A stretch of DNA of 63,016 nucleotides, counting the filler, from Chiloscyllium plagiosum (taxonomy: Eukaryota): assembly GCF_004010195.1 (NCBI RefSeq). It is 3 parts of one record of this genome, joined end to end, with 100 filler letters (N's around TTAATTAATTAA, not from the genome) between each part and the next. Parts side by side here need not be neighbours in the genome. Positions count along the whole stretch, not along the records: positions 1 to 29,556 come from NC_057710.1; 2 more parts are not named here. One strand, 5' to 3'. Position 1 is the first letter of the stretch, and every line of letters starts with the position of its first letter. A program made the translations under genes and the position numbers. Below, piece by piece: positions 13,001 to 25,519 of this stretch. The notes beneath the pieces were generated by a model that had not been told where the DNA came from, did not search any database, and saw only the letters and a list, made by a program, of their open reading frames with translations.

Positions 13001-14010
13001 CTGAAACGTCTATATCCTGGAACATTTAGTTGCCAATCATCATGCCCTTTCTTCAACCAAGTCTCTGTGATTGCAATAATGTCAAACTCACAAGCACCAA
13101 TCCAAGACTTGAGTTCATCTGCCTTACACACTATACTCCTTGCATTAAAGTAGATGCATTTCAGACCACCAGTTTTTTTGCACTCATCTGCTCACTGCCT
13201 ACTCTTCCCTTTATTAATGCGATCTTCATAATTCTTACAGTCTCCACCTCGTTGCCTACTTGTCTTCTCTTCTGGTTCCCAGCTCCCTGCCACATTAGTT
13301 TAAAACCTCCCCAACAGCAGTAGCAAAAGCTTCCCCAAGGACACTGGTTCCGGTCTGGTTCAGATGTAGACTGTCCCTTTTGTAATAGTCCCACCTTCCC
13401 CAGAACCAGTCCCAATGTCCAACAAATCTGAACCCCTCCCCCCACACCATCTCTCAAGCCACGTGTTCATCCTGCCTATTTTTTTCATTTCTACGCTGGT
13501 TAGCACGTGGCACTGGTAGTAATCCTGAGATCACTACCATTGAAGTCCTCCTCTTTAACTTCTCTCCTAGCTCCCTGAATTCTTCTTTCAGGACTTCATC
13601 TCATTTCTACTTATATCGTTGGTGCCTATATGCACCAAGACAACTAGCTGTTCACCCTCCCCTTTTAGAATGTTCTGCATCCGATCGGTGACATCCCTGA
13701 CCCGAGAACCTGGGAGGCAACAAACCATCTGGGTGTCCCATTTTCAGCCACAAAACCGCCTATCTACTCCCTTCACAATAGAATCCACTATGACTATGGC
13801 CCTACGAGTCTTTTTCCCGCCCTTCTGAACAGCAGTGCTCGCCACGGTGCCATGATTCTGGCAACTGCTGCCCTCTCCTGGTGAGCCATCTCACCCAACA
13901 GTATCCAAAACGGTATACCTATTTTGAAGGGAGGTGACCGCAGGGGACACCTGCTTTGCCTTCATACACTTTTTCTGTCTTTTAGTCACCCATTCATAGT
14001 CTCCCTCAGC
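10021..14010 (-). mobile_element. Near full-length CR1 LINE (ORF1 esterase remnant, APE endonuclease, RT), inserted into an older CR1 3' end (~9780-10020 and ~14020-14335)
   Basis: ORF 12565-13131 (DIIAITETWL, GGVALLV, DFNFPNIDW, ILDLVL = APE) and ORFs 10757-11707 and 10122-10517 (RT); several frameshifts. Confidence 0.92.
12183..12492 (-). mobile_element. Full-length HE1-like tRNA-derived SINE inside the CR1
   Basis: Minus strand begins GGGGCGGCACGGTGGTTCAGTGGTTAGCACTGCTGCCTCACAG (A box) ... GGTTTGATTCC (B box) and ends in a CR1-type tail. Confidence 0.88.
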
Positions 14011-14429
14011 AATTCTAACCAATTCTCTCCCTTCTCACCTTAAATCCATGCCCTCTAGTTTTAGACACCTCTACGATGGGGAAAATTTATTAGCTGTCTT
14101 CCTTATCTATTTCTCTCATGATTTGATGGCCTCTATAAATGTCACCGTTCAGTGTCCTACGTTCCAAGGAAAAAGGTCCCAGCCTATCCAGCTTCTCTTT
14201 ATAAGTCAAACTTTCCAGTTCCGGTAGTGTTCTAGTAAATCTTTTCTACAGTCTCTCTGGTTTAATATTAGCCTTCCTATCATGGGTCAACCAGAACTGC
14301 ACGCTGTATTCAAAATGTGGCAACTTTACATCTTGCAGTCATATCTCTATGATGACTTTCTGATCATACAAATTTATTTATAATATTACAAGCAGACTGA
14401 GATCAAGGCCCCACATTATTGTGGTTTTG

Positions 14430-14860
14430 AATAGAACACCCCAAATTTTCAAGCCCCTGGTGGGGAGAGATGAACTACCTTCCTTTAGTGTTCACACATC
14501 CACTTGTTTGGTTGCAAAAGATTAATTTGTTATGGATTTGTGTCGAGAGTGCCTCTCCACAATAATTTTAGTCCTTCAGCAACATTCCATCTGTGCTGAA
14601 AGCCTTGTTGTTTCTCAACTGTACGGTGGGTTTTTCATAATCACAGGTGGGCTACAGATGCACTGATATGGTGATGTTGTGGAATGGAGTTGAGCACACT
14701 TGCGAAGGCTGCTTCTTCGTTGAGGAGTTCCTCAAAAGTGCTCTCTCCAAGGGGTGTTGACTGCCTCTCAGTCTTTGTGAGCAACTCTCCGTTACTGAAG
14801 ACGTCAGCTCTCTTGAGGATAATCTGACAGACACTACCCTCTGAGCCTGAGAACTCATTG
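14430..14860 (-). mobile_element. RTE-clade LINE remnant
   Basis: Frameshifted WREHF-EELLN and QLRNNKAFSTDG (tether and KAPG-like region) on the minus strand. Confidence 0.55.
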
Positions 14861-14899
14861 TATGCCCTATTTCCAGGAGTTAGTCGTTTACCTTGTCTC

Positions 14900-16560
14900 A
14901 ATTATGACGATCCTGTTCCTTTTACAAGGTCACGTTGTCCTTTTTTTTCAGAGAGGTTGTATACAAAACAGGCTCCGATAAGTCTGAGGCCAATTTGTTT
15001 AAAGCTAAAAGATACTGCCTCAGGCAGAAGGCTTTCTAGTTTTTAAAAAAACTTGTATCATGAAAGGGGAGTAGCCAATCTAACAGCTCAGCTATTTTTT
15101 GGCTTGGTAATGCAGCTGTGGGCATGTGAAGAAAGGCTGCTGGGCTCTCCCTCTCTTTCTCTCTGACTTCATTCCTGTAAGAACTTGTGTTTCATTTTAG
15201 CTTTTGTGCCAAGGGGTGTAAATGGGGGATTGTTGCAGGTATTTTGGAACAGCATCATTACGTTGGCATAGTTTGTTGGGTTTTTGGATTGCATAAGTTA
15301 TTTGATATTCTGTTTTCTGTTCTTTGTGTTTCATTCAGTAATCTCATAGATAAATTCTGTTTTGTTTAAAATTAAGTAGCCTAACCAGCTGATTCTCTCT
15401 TGTAAACTTGCTTAAAATCAATTGGCAAAGTTAGGGTCTGGGCTACCTTCTTGAAATGTTTTGAGAGCAAGCAAGCTGGAGTTGGAGCTCGCTCTTTCCG
15501 TGAGAAAAACTGACATAATTACAGAAGTAGCCCAGCCTTTACATTTGCTGGAAATGCCAGCAGAAACTTTAGAGATGGCTAACGTTCAGTTCAAAATGAA
15601 GCAGTTTGAGTTAGAGGCAAAAGACAAGGAAAGTGCAACAGAAATGAAACAGCTTAAATTACTATTAAAAGCAAAAGAGAGAGAAAAAGAGAGAGAGAGT
15701 TTAAACTTCAGAAATTAGCACTTAGATAGGAAAGTCAGCTTGAAAAGATGGAGATGAAGGTTGAAGATAAGCTTAGTTAGGAAGAGAGTGAGGATGAGCA
15801 AACCCATGGTAGCCAAAGGGCTGGTGAGAAACTGTTTAAATTTATACAAGTATTGCCTAAATTTCATGAGAAGGATGTAGAAGCCTTTTTCATCTCATTT
15901 GAAAAAGTGGCTAAACAAATGTGGTGGCCAGAGACCATGTGGGTTTTGTTGATCCAAACAAAACTTGTAGGTAGGGCTAGTGAGGTATCCGCATCACTAT
16001 CAGAGGAGGTATCTGGGGCATATGAGGAGGTGAAGAAAGCCACCTTAAGTGCGTATGACTTTGTGCCAGAAGCTGACAATGTTTCAGGAATCTAAGGAGG
16101 GACCCTGGTCAAATCTACATTGTGTGATTTTTGCCAGGTGTGTCATACATGTCAGGTAATTGTAAAACCACAGGTGGTAATAAAACCTGCACTTTTAATA
16201 CCTACTCCTCTATTTGAGGAAACTTTTACAAGAGTCTTAACTGAATGCCACTTTTTGATTGAGGTATGGGATCTGTGCAATCAGTACTTGTTCGCAATAA
16301 TGGATGAATCGACTAGATTTCTATTGGCTGTTCCATTACGCAATATTACAGCTAAAATAGATTGTAGAAGAATTACTCACATTTTTCACTACATATGGAT
16401 TACCAACAGAGATACAGAGATACAATCAATCAAGGGTCAAACTTCACATCAAAATTATTCAAGGAAGTTATGGACAGCAGAGGAATAAAACAATTCAAAT
16501 CTACTGCGTACCATCAGAAATGCAGGAAACGCTAGGAAGGTGGCATCAAATACTCTCAGA
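14900..16560 (+). mobile_element. Gmr1-like Ty3/Gypsy remnant: LTR-like segment, gag with SCAN-like capsid region, integrase
   Basis: PKFHEKDVEAFFISFEKVAKQMWWPETMWVLLIQTKLVGRA (gag), then CHTCQVIVKP...PLFEETFTRV, YLFAIMDESTRF..AVPLRNITAK, IQSIKGQ (integrase zinc finger and core). Confidence 0.8.
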
Positions 16561-17576
16561 GAGCTGTAGAGCGATTAGAGATGACAGAGAAAGACAATGG
16601 AAGTACTTGATAAAGGATTATCTCACATTTGTGGATTATGAAAGATAGGAGGCGGAACCGGACATTGAAACACTCATGTTAACAGTGGATGAGTTAAGGA
16701 GCACAGACATATGCGATGTTGCAGAGACCAAAATATGTGGTCTTGATGATGTCATAGAAGATCACCTCAGGTTTAAATTTATCCTTACACAACAGCCAGG
16801 GAGAGGGACAGAGTCATGATTAGGGATTAGGGAATGGGGTACGGTGGTGTCTGAAGACAATGGTTTTGTTCTTCTTAACATTTAGCCGAGTAAGTTTGCT
16901 AGACATCCTTAGACAGCACCTAGCAATCCATCTAGAAGAACAAGGACAGCAGATACTTGGGAACACCACCACCTCCAAGCCACTCACCATCTGAGCTTGG
17001 ACATATATCACTACTTTTTCAGTTGCTGAGTCAAAATCCTGGAATTCCCTACCTCACGATTTTGTCTGTCTACTTACAGCAAATGGGCTGCAGCAGTTCG
17101 AAGAAGTAGCGCACTACCATCTTCTTGAGGGCAACTGGGGGTAGGGCAAAAAAATGCTGGCAAGCCAGCAATTCCCATGTCCCACGAGTGAATAAAAACA
17201 TTCTCAGTATTGAATGCTGGACAAATAGTAATACAAATCAGAAGCAATGAAGAGATCAGTTGAGGTGCTGATACAAATCTGATTGTAAACAAGGTTCATC
17301 TGGAACCTGAAATTGCACTTTTCAATTTATTTTTCCAATGGCAGCATTTAGATTAGAAACAAGGTCCTTGATAGGTCACTGACACAATACAAAAAAACAA
17401 ATGGAGACTACAAGAGAAAGGAAGAACAAAAATACAAAATAACTGAAGAGTTTTGAGATAAATGCTCTACGACTTTGTCACACTGATGATATAAAGTCTC
17501 CAAAACGTATTCTTACATGAAACAGTGACAGACAGTGTTCACCTTCAACACATGGTGAAAATAAATAATTTCTTAC

Positions 17577-17647
17577 AAAGCTCACTCCATCTTCAGCTGA
17601 GGAAGTCACTGCCAATTCATGAGTCTTTGGAAATGATTCTTCCTTAC
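17577..17647 (-). CDS. Unidentified gene, exon 3 (71 bp): (S)KEESFPKTHELAVTSSAEDGVSF
   Basis: Polypyrimidine tttcctttttcttag acceptor and TTT|gtaaga donor; phase 1->0, matching both neighbouring exons. Confidence 0.72.
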
Positions 17648-17809
17648 CTAAGAAAAAGGAAATTTAAAATTCTCTTTAACAGTTCTGTTTCATTAAATAC
17701 CAGACTATAAATAGCCATTCTGTTGAATAAGAATGAAAGAAAGAATTTAAATTCTAAGTCGGCCATCACTTTTTACTACCAAACAACTGTGTATGCTTGA
17801 TATCTAAAA

Positions 17810-18016
17810 CAAACAAAAACAGAAATTGCTGGAAAAACTCAACAGGTCCAGCAGCATCTACACAGAGAAAACAGCCAATGTTTTGAGTCCAGTGGCCCTT
17901 TTTCAGAACTGAAAGTTTCTGAAGAAGGGTCACTGGACTTGAAGCATGGACTCTGTTTTCTCTCTGCAGATGCTGCTCGACCTACTGAGTTTTTCCTGCA
18001 ATTTCTGTTTTTCTTT
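17810..18016. repeat. Fold-back element of two inverted PLE pLTR ends (~100-bp arms)
   Basis: aacaaaaacagaaattgctggaaaaactc...cagaac versus ttctgaagaaggg...gagtttttcctgcaatttctgtttt are imperfect reverse complements. Confidence 0.8.
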
Positions 18017-18079
18017 GTGTAAGTTCCTTTTGAAGTGGAGTCACTGCTAGAGTGTAAAGGAACTTAATGTTGCGTAAAG

Positions 18080-18345
18080 ATCTGAGAGACAAATTATCAT
18101 GACATTATTTTATAAATATTTGTTGAGGGAAGAATATCACACAGGACACCAGGAAGAACACTCTTGTTCTTGAAATACCAGTGTGCAATCTGTCATGGGG
18201 CAGAATTAGAGTTTGTGTTTAACATCTCATCTAAAAGATGGTTGGTTCAGGACTGCCATCCTCTGCTATGCCTCAAATTGTCATCCTAGATTATATGCTC
18301 AAGACTATAGAGTAGGATTCAATTTATAGTCTTCTGACTAATAAG
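18080..18345 (-). mobile_element. DeuSINE (SacSINE1/AmnSINE-like) remnant; related pieces at ~25110-25180 (+) and ~59210-59470 (-)
   Basis: Deu-domain-like text: ...ggtgtcctg...tccctcaacaaata on the minus strand; taaaccaaggccctatctgccc...atcccatggcacta at 25127-25180. Confidence 0.5.
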
Positions 18346-18749
18346 TAACAGCGTGCCAAAGCTGATGTCTAGCAGCAAAGCAAGAGGGACCAACATCCTT
18401 GCAGATGGGTTTCCTTGTTAGAAGGAATTTCAACGAGTTCAGTAAGGGGTGGGAGACACAGACTGTTAGTACAATAATGATACAGCATTAACAAGAACAA
18501 AATCAGAAATGCTGGAAAAACTCAGTAGGTTAGGCTGTGGAGAAAAAGCAGGGCTAATGTTTCAGATCCAGTGATCCTACTGCAGAACAGTTCAGATGCT
18601 ATGAAAACAAGGCAGGATTAACTAAAGTCAGCGAGCTAATTAGAATAGCGGAGTCTTTCAAAATGGAATTGGCAACAGTGCAGGAACAAAGGTGTTCCCT
18701 TTAGGGTGAAAAGTCAAATCACCAAAGTCAGAGAACCTGGAATGTCTAG

Positions 18750-20860
18750 GAGTATTTACAAGGATGTTGCCAGGATTGGGAGTTGTGAACTATGGGGAGA
18801 GGCCGATTAGGCTGGTGCTATTTTTCCTGGAGTGTTGGTGACTGAGGAGTGACCTTATAGAGGCTTATGAAATTTACAGCAGCATGGATAAGATGAATAG
18901 CCAAGGTCTTTTTTACAGGCTAGGGGAGTCCAAAATTAAACACCATAGGTTTAAGATGAGAAGGGAATGATTTAAAAGGCACCGAAGGGGCAACTTTTTC
19001 AGCAGAGGATGGCATGCATATGGAATGAGCTGTCAGAGGAAGTAGTGGAGGTGGGTACTATTACAACATTTAAACGGCACCTGGATGAGTACATGAATAG
19101 GAAGAGCTTAAAGAGATATCAGCTAAATGCTGACAAATGGGACTAGATTAATTTAGGATATTTGGTCAGCATGGAGAGTTGGACCAAAGGGTCTGTTTCT
19201 GTGCTGTACATCCATATGACTGGATAAGGAGGAAAAGACAGGCTTTTAACAGGTACAATGCGAGAAAATCAATGGAATTCCTTGTGGAGTATAGAAAGTG
19301 CAAAGAGTAACATAAGAAAACAATTAGGTCAGCAAAAAGGGAGCAAACAAAAACACTGGCGGGTAAGATTATGAAGACTCCTAAGATATTTCATAAAAGT
19401 ATCAATCAGAAGAAGATAACCAGGAGAAGAGTGCTGCCCATTAGGGACCAAGGAGACCATCTGTGAGTGGGGCCAGAGAACTCTGGTCAGGTATTGAACA
19501 AGTACTTCGTATCTGTCTTCACTTTGGAGGAGGAAGATGTAGGTACAGAATTCAAGAAGAGGGACTGTGAGGTTCTTCAGAAAATAGAAATAGGGAGTGA
19601 AGATGTCTTGGGGATTTTGGCATGCTTAAAAGTAGACAAATCCCCAGGTCCAGAGTAGTTGTATCCCAGCCTGCTGTGGGAGGTGAAGGTGGGAGAGAAA
19701 ATTATAGGAGCTCTGACTCAAATTTATATTTCTTGTCTGGTCACAGAGGAGGTATCTGAGGACTGGAGGACAGCTAATGTAGCGCTACTTTTTGGGAAGG
19801 GTAGTAGAGATAAACTAGGGAGTTACAGTGAATCACACATTACTGGTAGGGAAATTATTGGAGAAAATTCTGAAGAAGAAAATTAATCTCCATTTGGCTT
19901 TGTCAGAGGGATGTCACACCTACAAAACCTGATTGACGTTTTCAAGGAGGTGACCATGTGTATAGATGACGGTAGCACTGTTGACCTAGTCTATATGGAT
20001 TTCAGTAAAGTCTCAGAGATAAGAGTCAGAGGCCAGAGGTAAAAGGCTGACGGTATCACTGGAGGCCAGTGTCCAGTGACTTACCTGGAGGATCAATGCA
20101 GGGTCCCTTTTTGTCTGATAAGTAAGATTTGTGGATGCCAGACAGGCAGATCTGTGGCAGATGGAATTTAACATTGATAATTGTAAGACAATCAGTTTGG
20201 AGGATGTAACAAGACAAATGGGCACTCGATGAATGACAGAACACCAGGAAGTTCAGACGAACGGAGGGATCGTGGGGTGTTTGCCCAAGGTACCAGATGG
20301 CAAAAGGACAGATTAATAGAAAAATTAAGAAGGGATATGGGACATTTGCCTTTATCAGTTCTAGCATTACAAGATCATGAAGGTTATGTTTGAGCTGTAT
20401 GGAACTTTGATTAGGCCACAGCTGGAGTATTATTCGGGCCATTGAACTGTAAGAAAGATGTGATTGCACTGGTGGGTTTGAGATTCACCAGGATGTTTGT
20501 CGGAATAGAGCGCTTTAGCTATGTAGAGAGACCAGATTCCTTTGGAGCAGAGAAGGCTCGGATGGGACTTGATTGAAGTGTATAAGATTGAAGAGCATAG
20601 ACAGGGTGAATAGGACATAGCTGTTGCCCTTAGCTGAAGGGTCAATAACAAGGGGACATCATTTACAAGGTGAAAGGCAGGACATTTGAGGATTTTTTTT
20701 CACTCAGAGGTTGGTGGGAATCTGGACTGCACTGCCTGAAAAGATTATGGAAGTGGGAAATCTCACAACCTTTAAAAGGTTCTTCAATGGGCACTTGAAG
20801 TAGCATAAAATTCACAGTCATAGGCCAAGTGCTGGAAAGCAGGACTAATATACATTTAGA
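18750..20860 (+). mobile_element. Two decayed CR1 LINE fragments
   Basis: 18750-19220 is a CR1 3' end; 19250-20860 gives VLNKYFVSVFT, KVDKSPGP, EDWRTANV and an RT C-terminus. Confidence 0.8.
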
Positions 20861-20954
20861 GTAGTTTTTAGAGTGTCAGAAATGAGGTGACCTTCAAAAG
20901 GAAAAGGAGATAGTGATAAAGCAGAAAATTAGTGTCCAGGATGCATAAATTATT

Positions 20955-22080
20955 ACTGGTCACCTGGACCATCTCTGACACCTCGCTCTCCTTCCTGGAC
21001 CTCTCCATCTGCATTAATGACGACCGACTTAATACTGACATTTTTTTACAAACCCACCGACTCCCACAGCTACCTGGATCACACCTCTTCCCACCCTACC
21101 TCTTGTAAAAATGCCATCCCGTATTCCCAATTCTTCCACCTCCGCTGTATCTGCTCCCAGGAGGACCAGTTCCACCACAGAACACACCAGATGGCCTCCT
21201 TCTTTACAGACCGCAATTTCCCTTCCCACATGTTTAAAGATGCCCTTCAACGCATCTCGTCCACATCCCACACCTCCGCCCTCAGACCCCACCCCTCCAA
21301 CCGCAACAAAGACAGAACGCCCCTAGTGCTTACCTTCCACCCTACCAACCTTCGCATAAACCAAATCATCCGCCAACATTTCCACCACCTCCAAACAGAC
21401 CCCACCACCAGGGATATATTTCCCTCCCCACCCCTTTCCGCCTTCCGCAANNNNNNNNNNNNNNNNNNNNNNNNNNNNNNNNNNNNNNNNNNNNNNNNNN
21501 NNNNNNNNNNNNNNNNNNNNNNNNNNNNNNNNNNNNNNNNNNNNNNNNNNNNNNNNNNNNNNNNNNNNNNNNNNNNNNNNNNNNNNNNNNNNNNNNNNNN
21601 NNNNNNNNNNNNNNNNNNNNNNNNNNNNNNNNNNNNNNNNNNNNNNNNNNNNNNNNNNNNNNNNNNNNNNNNNNNNNNNNNNNNNNNNNNNNNNNNNNNN
21701 NNNNNNNNNNNNNNNNNNNNNNNNNNNNNNNNNNNNNNNNNNNNNNNNNNNNNCAAACTTCCAGCTCAAGCATGTCCCCATGACTTGTCCTACCTGCCTA
21801 TCTTCTTTTCCACCTATCCACTCCACTCTCCTCCCTGACCTATCACCTTCATCCCCTTCCCCACTCACCTATTGCACTCCATGCTACTTTCTCCCCACCC
21901 TCACCCTCCTCTAACTTATCTCTCCATGCTTCAGGCTCTCTGCCTTTATTCCTGATGAAGGGCTATTGCCCGAAACGTTGATTTTGCTGCTCCTTGGATG
22001 CTGCCTGAACTGCTGTGCTCTTCCAGCACCACTAATCCAAAATCTGGTTTCCAGCATCTGCAGTCATTATTTTTACCTGC
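20955..22080 (+). mobile_element. Penelope-like element (RT thumb region and pLTR), spanning a 303-N gap (21451-21753)
   Basis: FYKPTDSHSYLDHTSSHPTSCKNAIPYSQF.LRCICS is characteristic of PLE RT; the 3' terminus carries a hammerhead core. Confidence 0.88.
21948..21983 (+). ncRNA. Minimal type I hammerhead ribozyme motif in PLE pLTR
   Basis: attc-CTGATGA-a-GGGC-tatt-GCCC-GAAAC-GTT-gatt: intact catalytic core, 4-bp stem II, palindromic AACGTT stem III. Confidence 0.78.
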
Positions 22081-23131
22081 TAGAGTCTATAAGCAATGGA
22101 CAAAATTACTAGGAGGAAGGATTAGGAGAAAATGAGAAATGATTGTTGACTGAGGTCACACAGCTAGTTACATGGATTTCTAAAGACAGCCTGATGAAGT
22201 TATGAACTCAGAAGACTGAAGGATGGCCCAGTTAAGGGACAAGATTCTTCTACTTGGTTAGATTATGTGATACATTATGGGAAACAGTAGCATAATATCA
22301 TAATATCAAAGATGAATAATTCAGAGGCTGAGGTGAATTCCCTGAGGAATCAGTTTTGAATGCCTCCATGCCAGTTAGTGAAATTCATTTTATTGAATGA
22401 AAAAGAAAAAGCTGGAGTGTAAAACAGGAGTAATGTTGTTATTATTTGTCATTGATTAATAAAATACTTTTTTTCTAAAATGATCAATGTCCTTTTGGGA
22501 AGGAAATACCACCTTTATGTGGTTTGGCACTCCAAACCAACAGCAGTTTAGTTGACTCTTAACTACTCTCTGAAATGGCCTAGTCTATTTCTGAGTTTAA
22601 GGACAATTAAGGGTTGGCATCAAAAGGTAGCTTTTGCCAACAAAGTCCAGATCATTTGAAAGAATAAACAAATTCTTCCATTGTTTAAGATGACATGTTC
22701 TGCTTGACATAATTCAACATTCTCTGGTACTAGACATATGCGTTAAAGCCTTTCTCAGCAACCTTGAAATTTTAGAGAACTTTTTTTGCTTTACTAATGA
22801 GAAGTGAACAGAGTACTTGAGTTGGAATCCACACAGAATACTATATAAATTTCTATCTTGGTATACTTCTCGTGAAATTTTAGAGATGGAAAGCAATGAC
22901 TAAGTGAGGAAGCTATATTATAATGAGAATAGATACCACACAAATTTGAGTAAGTCTTGGAAACAAAAATGAATTCAATATAAATGTGAGCTCTTCTAAA
23001 GGGTCAGGGTCACTTAAAATAAAATGGGGCACTCACACCATTGTTTATTTTTGGAAATTTCTGAATTACTGTTTATTTGAGCAAAGAAACTGAATTGAGT
23101 CAACAAGGTAGAAAATATTGTGGCTACTTAC

Positions 23132-23282
23132 TCGATTTGGAGAAACTTTCAGTTTCTGCTGGAGAAACCCTTTTTTGTCCCATCAAAGGGCCCAAGGGAA
23201 ACAGAAAACCTCCAGATGCCTGTGACATTCTCTCAATTGTGAAAGCACAAGAGTTCAACCATGAATGTGCTTTATCAGTTTC
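23132..23282 (-). CDS. Unidentified gene, exon 2 (151 bp); likely start ATG at 23228: MSQASGGFLFPLGPLMGQKRVSPAETESFSKS
   Basis: Long polypyrimidine tract ending ttttcag and CGA|gtaagt donor. Open frame over the whole exon; AGAATGT start has a purine at -3; ends in phase 1, matching exon 3. Confidence 0.75.
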
Positions 23283-23404
23283 CTGAAAATGCAAAATGAA
23301 ATGAAATGAAATAAAATAGAAGAAATGTCAACATTACAAGTAAAATAACAACTTCATCTTATACACTGCCCTTAATATATTAAAGTCCATAATTAAAGAA
23401 ATTA

Positions 23405-24730
23405 GAAATAAATGGCCCCTCAAGCCTGTTCCACCATTCAGGCTGACTCAACTCTCATGCCCACTTTCCTGCAATTTCCTCTATCCCTCGATTCTCCTAC
23501 AGACCAAGGATCGATCTATCTCAGCCTAAATATACACAAAAGCTCTGCTCCCATAGTTCTCTGTGGCAAAAAGTTCCAAAGACCCACAACTCTCAGAGAA
23601 GAAATTCCACCTCATCTCCACCTCAAATTGGCACATCTTTATTCTGAGACTATGCCGTCCATCCTGAGGCTCTGCCATGATGGGAAACATCCTCTCAGCA
23701 ATTACCCTGTCAAGCTTCCTTAATAATCCTATATGTTTCAATGAGATCATCTCTACTCTTTTGAATTTAGAAGAATAACAGTTCCAATCCGTTTAACCTT
23801 TGCTCAGAAGACAATCCCTCCAGGGATCATCCTATTGAATCTTCCCTGCACTGCCTCCAATTAAATAATATCTTTACTTAAATAAGGGGGCCAAACTGCT
23901 CTCAATATTCTAAATGTGGTCCAACCAACACCTCAGAGTAAAACTTCCCTAATTTTGTATTCCAACCATCGTGAAATAAGGACCAACATTCCAATCGCCT
24001 TCCTGATCAGCTACTGCCCCTGTATGCTAGCTTTCTAAACCAGTTTCATGTACAAGCACCCCCAATCCTAGGTGTTGCAGCTTTCTGCATTGTTTCCCTA
24101 TGTAAAAATACATTTTTGGTTCTCCTTTCCAAAATGAACAACTTCATATTTTCCCACATGGTACACTATTTTCCAACTTAACATATCTATGTCTCTCTAA
24201 ACCATTTGTATCCCTCTTGCAACTTGCCTTTCCATCTATTTTTGTGTCATCTGCAAATCTGGTTATAGTACGTTAATTTCTTTCCTCTAATTCATTAATC
24301 TACATTGTAAGCAGTTGCGGACACACGGATCTCTGTGGAACCCCACTGGTTACAGGTTGCCAATGAAAAAGAACTCCTTATCCACACTTGCTGTTTTCTG
24401 CCCATTAACCAATTGTTTATCCATTCCAATATACTACCTCCAACACCATGATTTCTTAGGAGAAAGTGAGGACTGCAGATGCTGGAGATCAGAGCTGAAC
24501 AATATGTTGCTGGAAAAGCGTAGCAGGTCAGGCAGCATCAAAGGAGCAGGAGAATCGATGTTTCGGGAATAAGCCCAAAGAAGGGCTTATGTCCGAAATG
24601 TCGATTCTCCTGCTCCTTTGATGCTACCTGACCTGCTGCGCTTTTCCAGCAACACATTTTTCAACCATGATTTCTTAACCTAAGAATTACCTTTTGTAAG
24701 TTACCTTGTTGAATGTCTTCTGGAAGTCTA
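23405..24730 (-). mobile_element. Decayed CR1 LINE
   Basis: Degenerate RT text (gtgtcatctgcaaat = FADDT on minus) and 3' end. Confidence 0.75.
24459..24663. mobile_element. Fold-back PLE-derived insertion with 14-bp TSD
   Basis: accatgatttctta at 24445-24458 and 24664-24677; internal arms are near-perfect reverse complements. Confidence 0.85.
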
Positions 24731-25519
24731 AATATAACATAGCTACTGTAAAATATTCCAAGAGTTTTAAGAATACTGAAACTTAATTCACATCATCACT
24801 TAATTCACCATGCACGACAAGACGAAAAAAAATTATGTTAATATAATCCTTACTTTAATTGGGAAAACAACATTCTGTGGGATTTGATCAGAAGACAAAT
24901 AGCACCTGACTCAAAGCATCAAACAGCAACTTAAAGGAGATCAGCTGCACTTCGTAGATTGCATATAATTTTGCAGATATACAGTAATGTTTTCATTATT
25001 AAACCTCTTCGATCAAAAAAGTACAATAAATGGAAATCAGCAAAATATCAATAATAAGTGCAAAGTAAAATAGAAAGGTGATGGGCAATAAGGAGGAAAA
25101 AGATCACTGTTTCATTGTGAGATATTAAACCAAGGCCCTATCTGCCCTTTCAAGTAAATATAAAATATCCCATGGCACTACTCAATAACTCACATTTGTA
25201 CAGAGAGCTCAACATACCAGAACATTACAAAGAAAATTCAAAGGAAAGCAGGAGTCATTTAAAAATTGGATATTGCTGAAAATAAGGGACAACTTGTCAA
25301 AGCTGTTTATCTTATACATCAAATAGAGATGCAAAAATTTGAAATATTAAAAGGAAGTAACAATATTTACAACATGAGAAAAGGATGTTGCCTGGTTTCC
25401 AATTCAGCTCTGTTTTGAGATGGTGCTAGAGAGAATGCACCAGGGATCAATACCTTAAAGTGATTGTTAGTGCATTTCTTAGCTCACTTTGGCTTGTAAT
25501 GTGGTGCACCGAGCATAAT

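Noticed and set aside
21247..21868. Long ORFs across 21451-21753
   Set aside because: Artefacts of translating through N runs.
23132..23228. TACC3 or FAM53A as the identity of the unknown gene
   Set aside because: Only superficial FLF/RVS similarity to TACC3, without KENVPPK or VTFQTP; no match to the recalled FAM53A N-terminus; symbol left blank.
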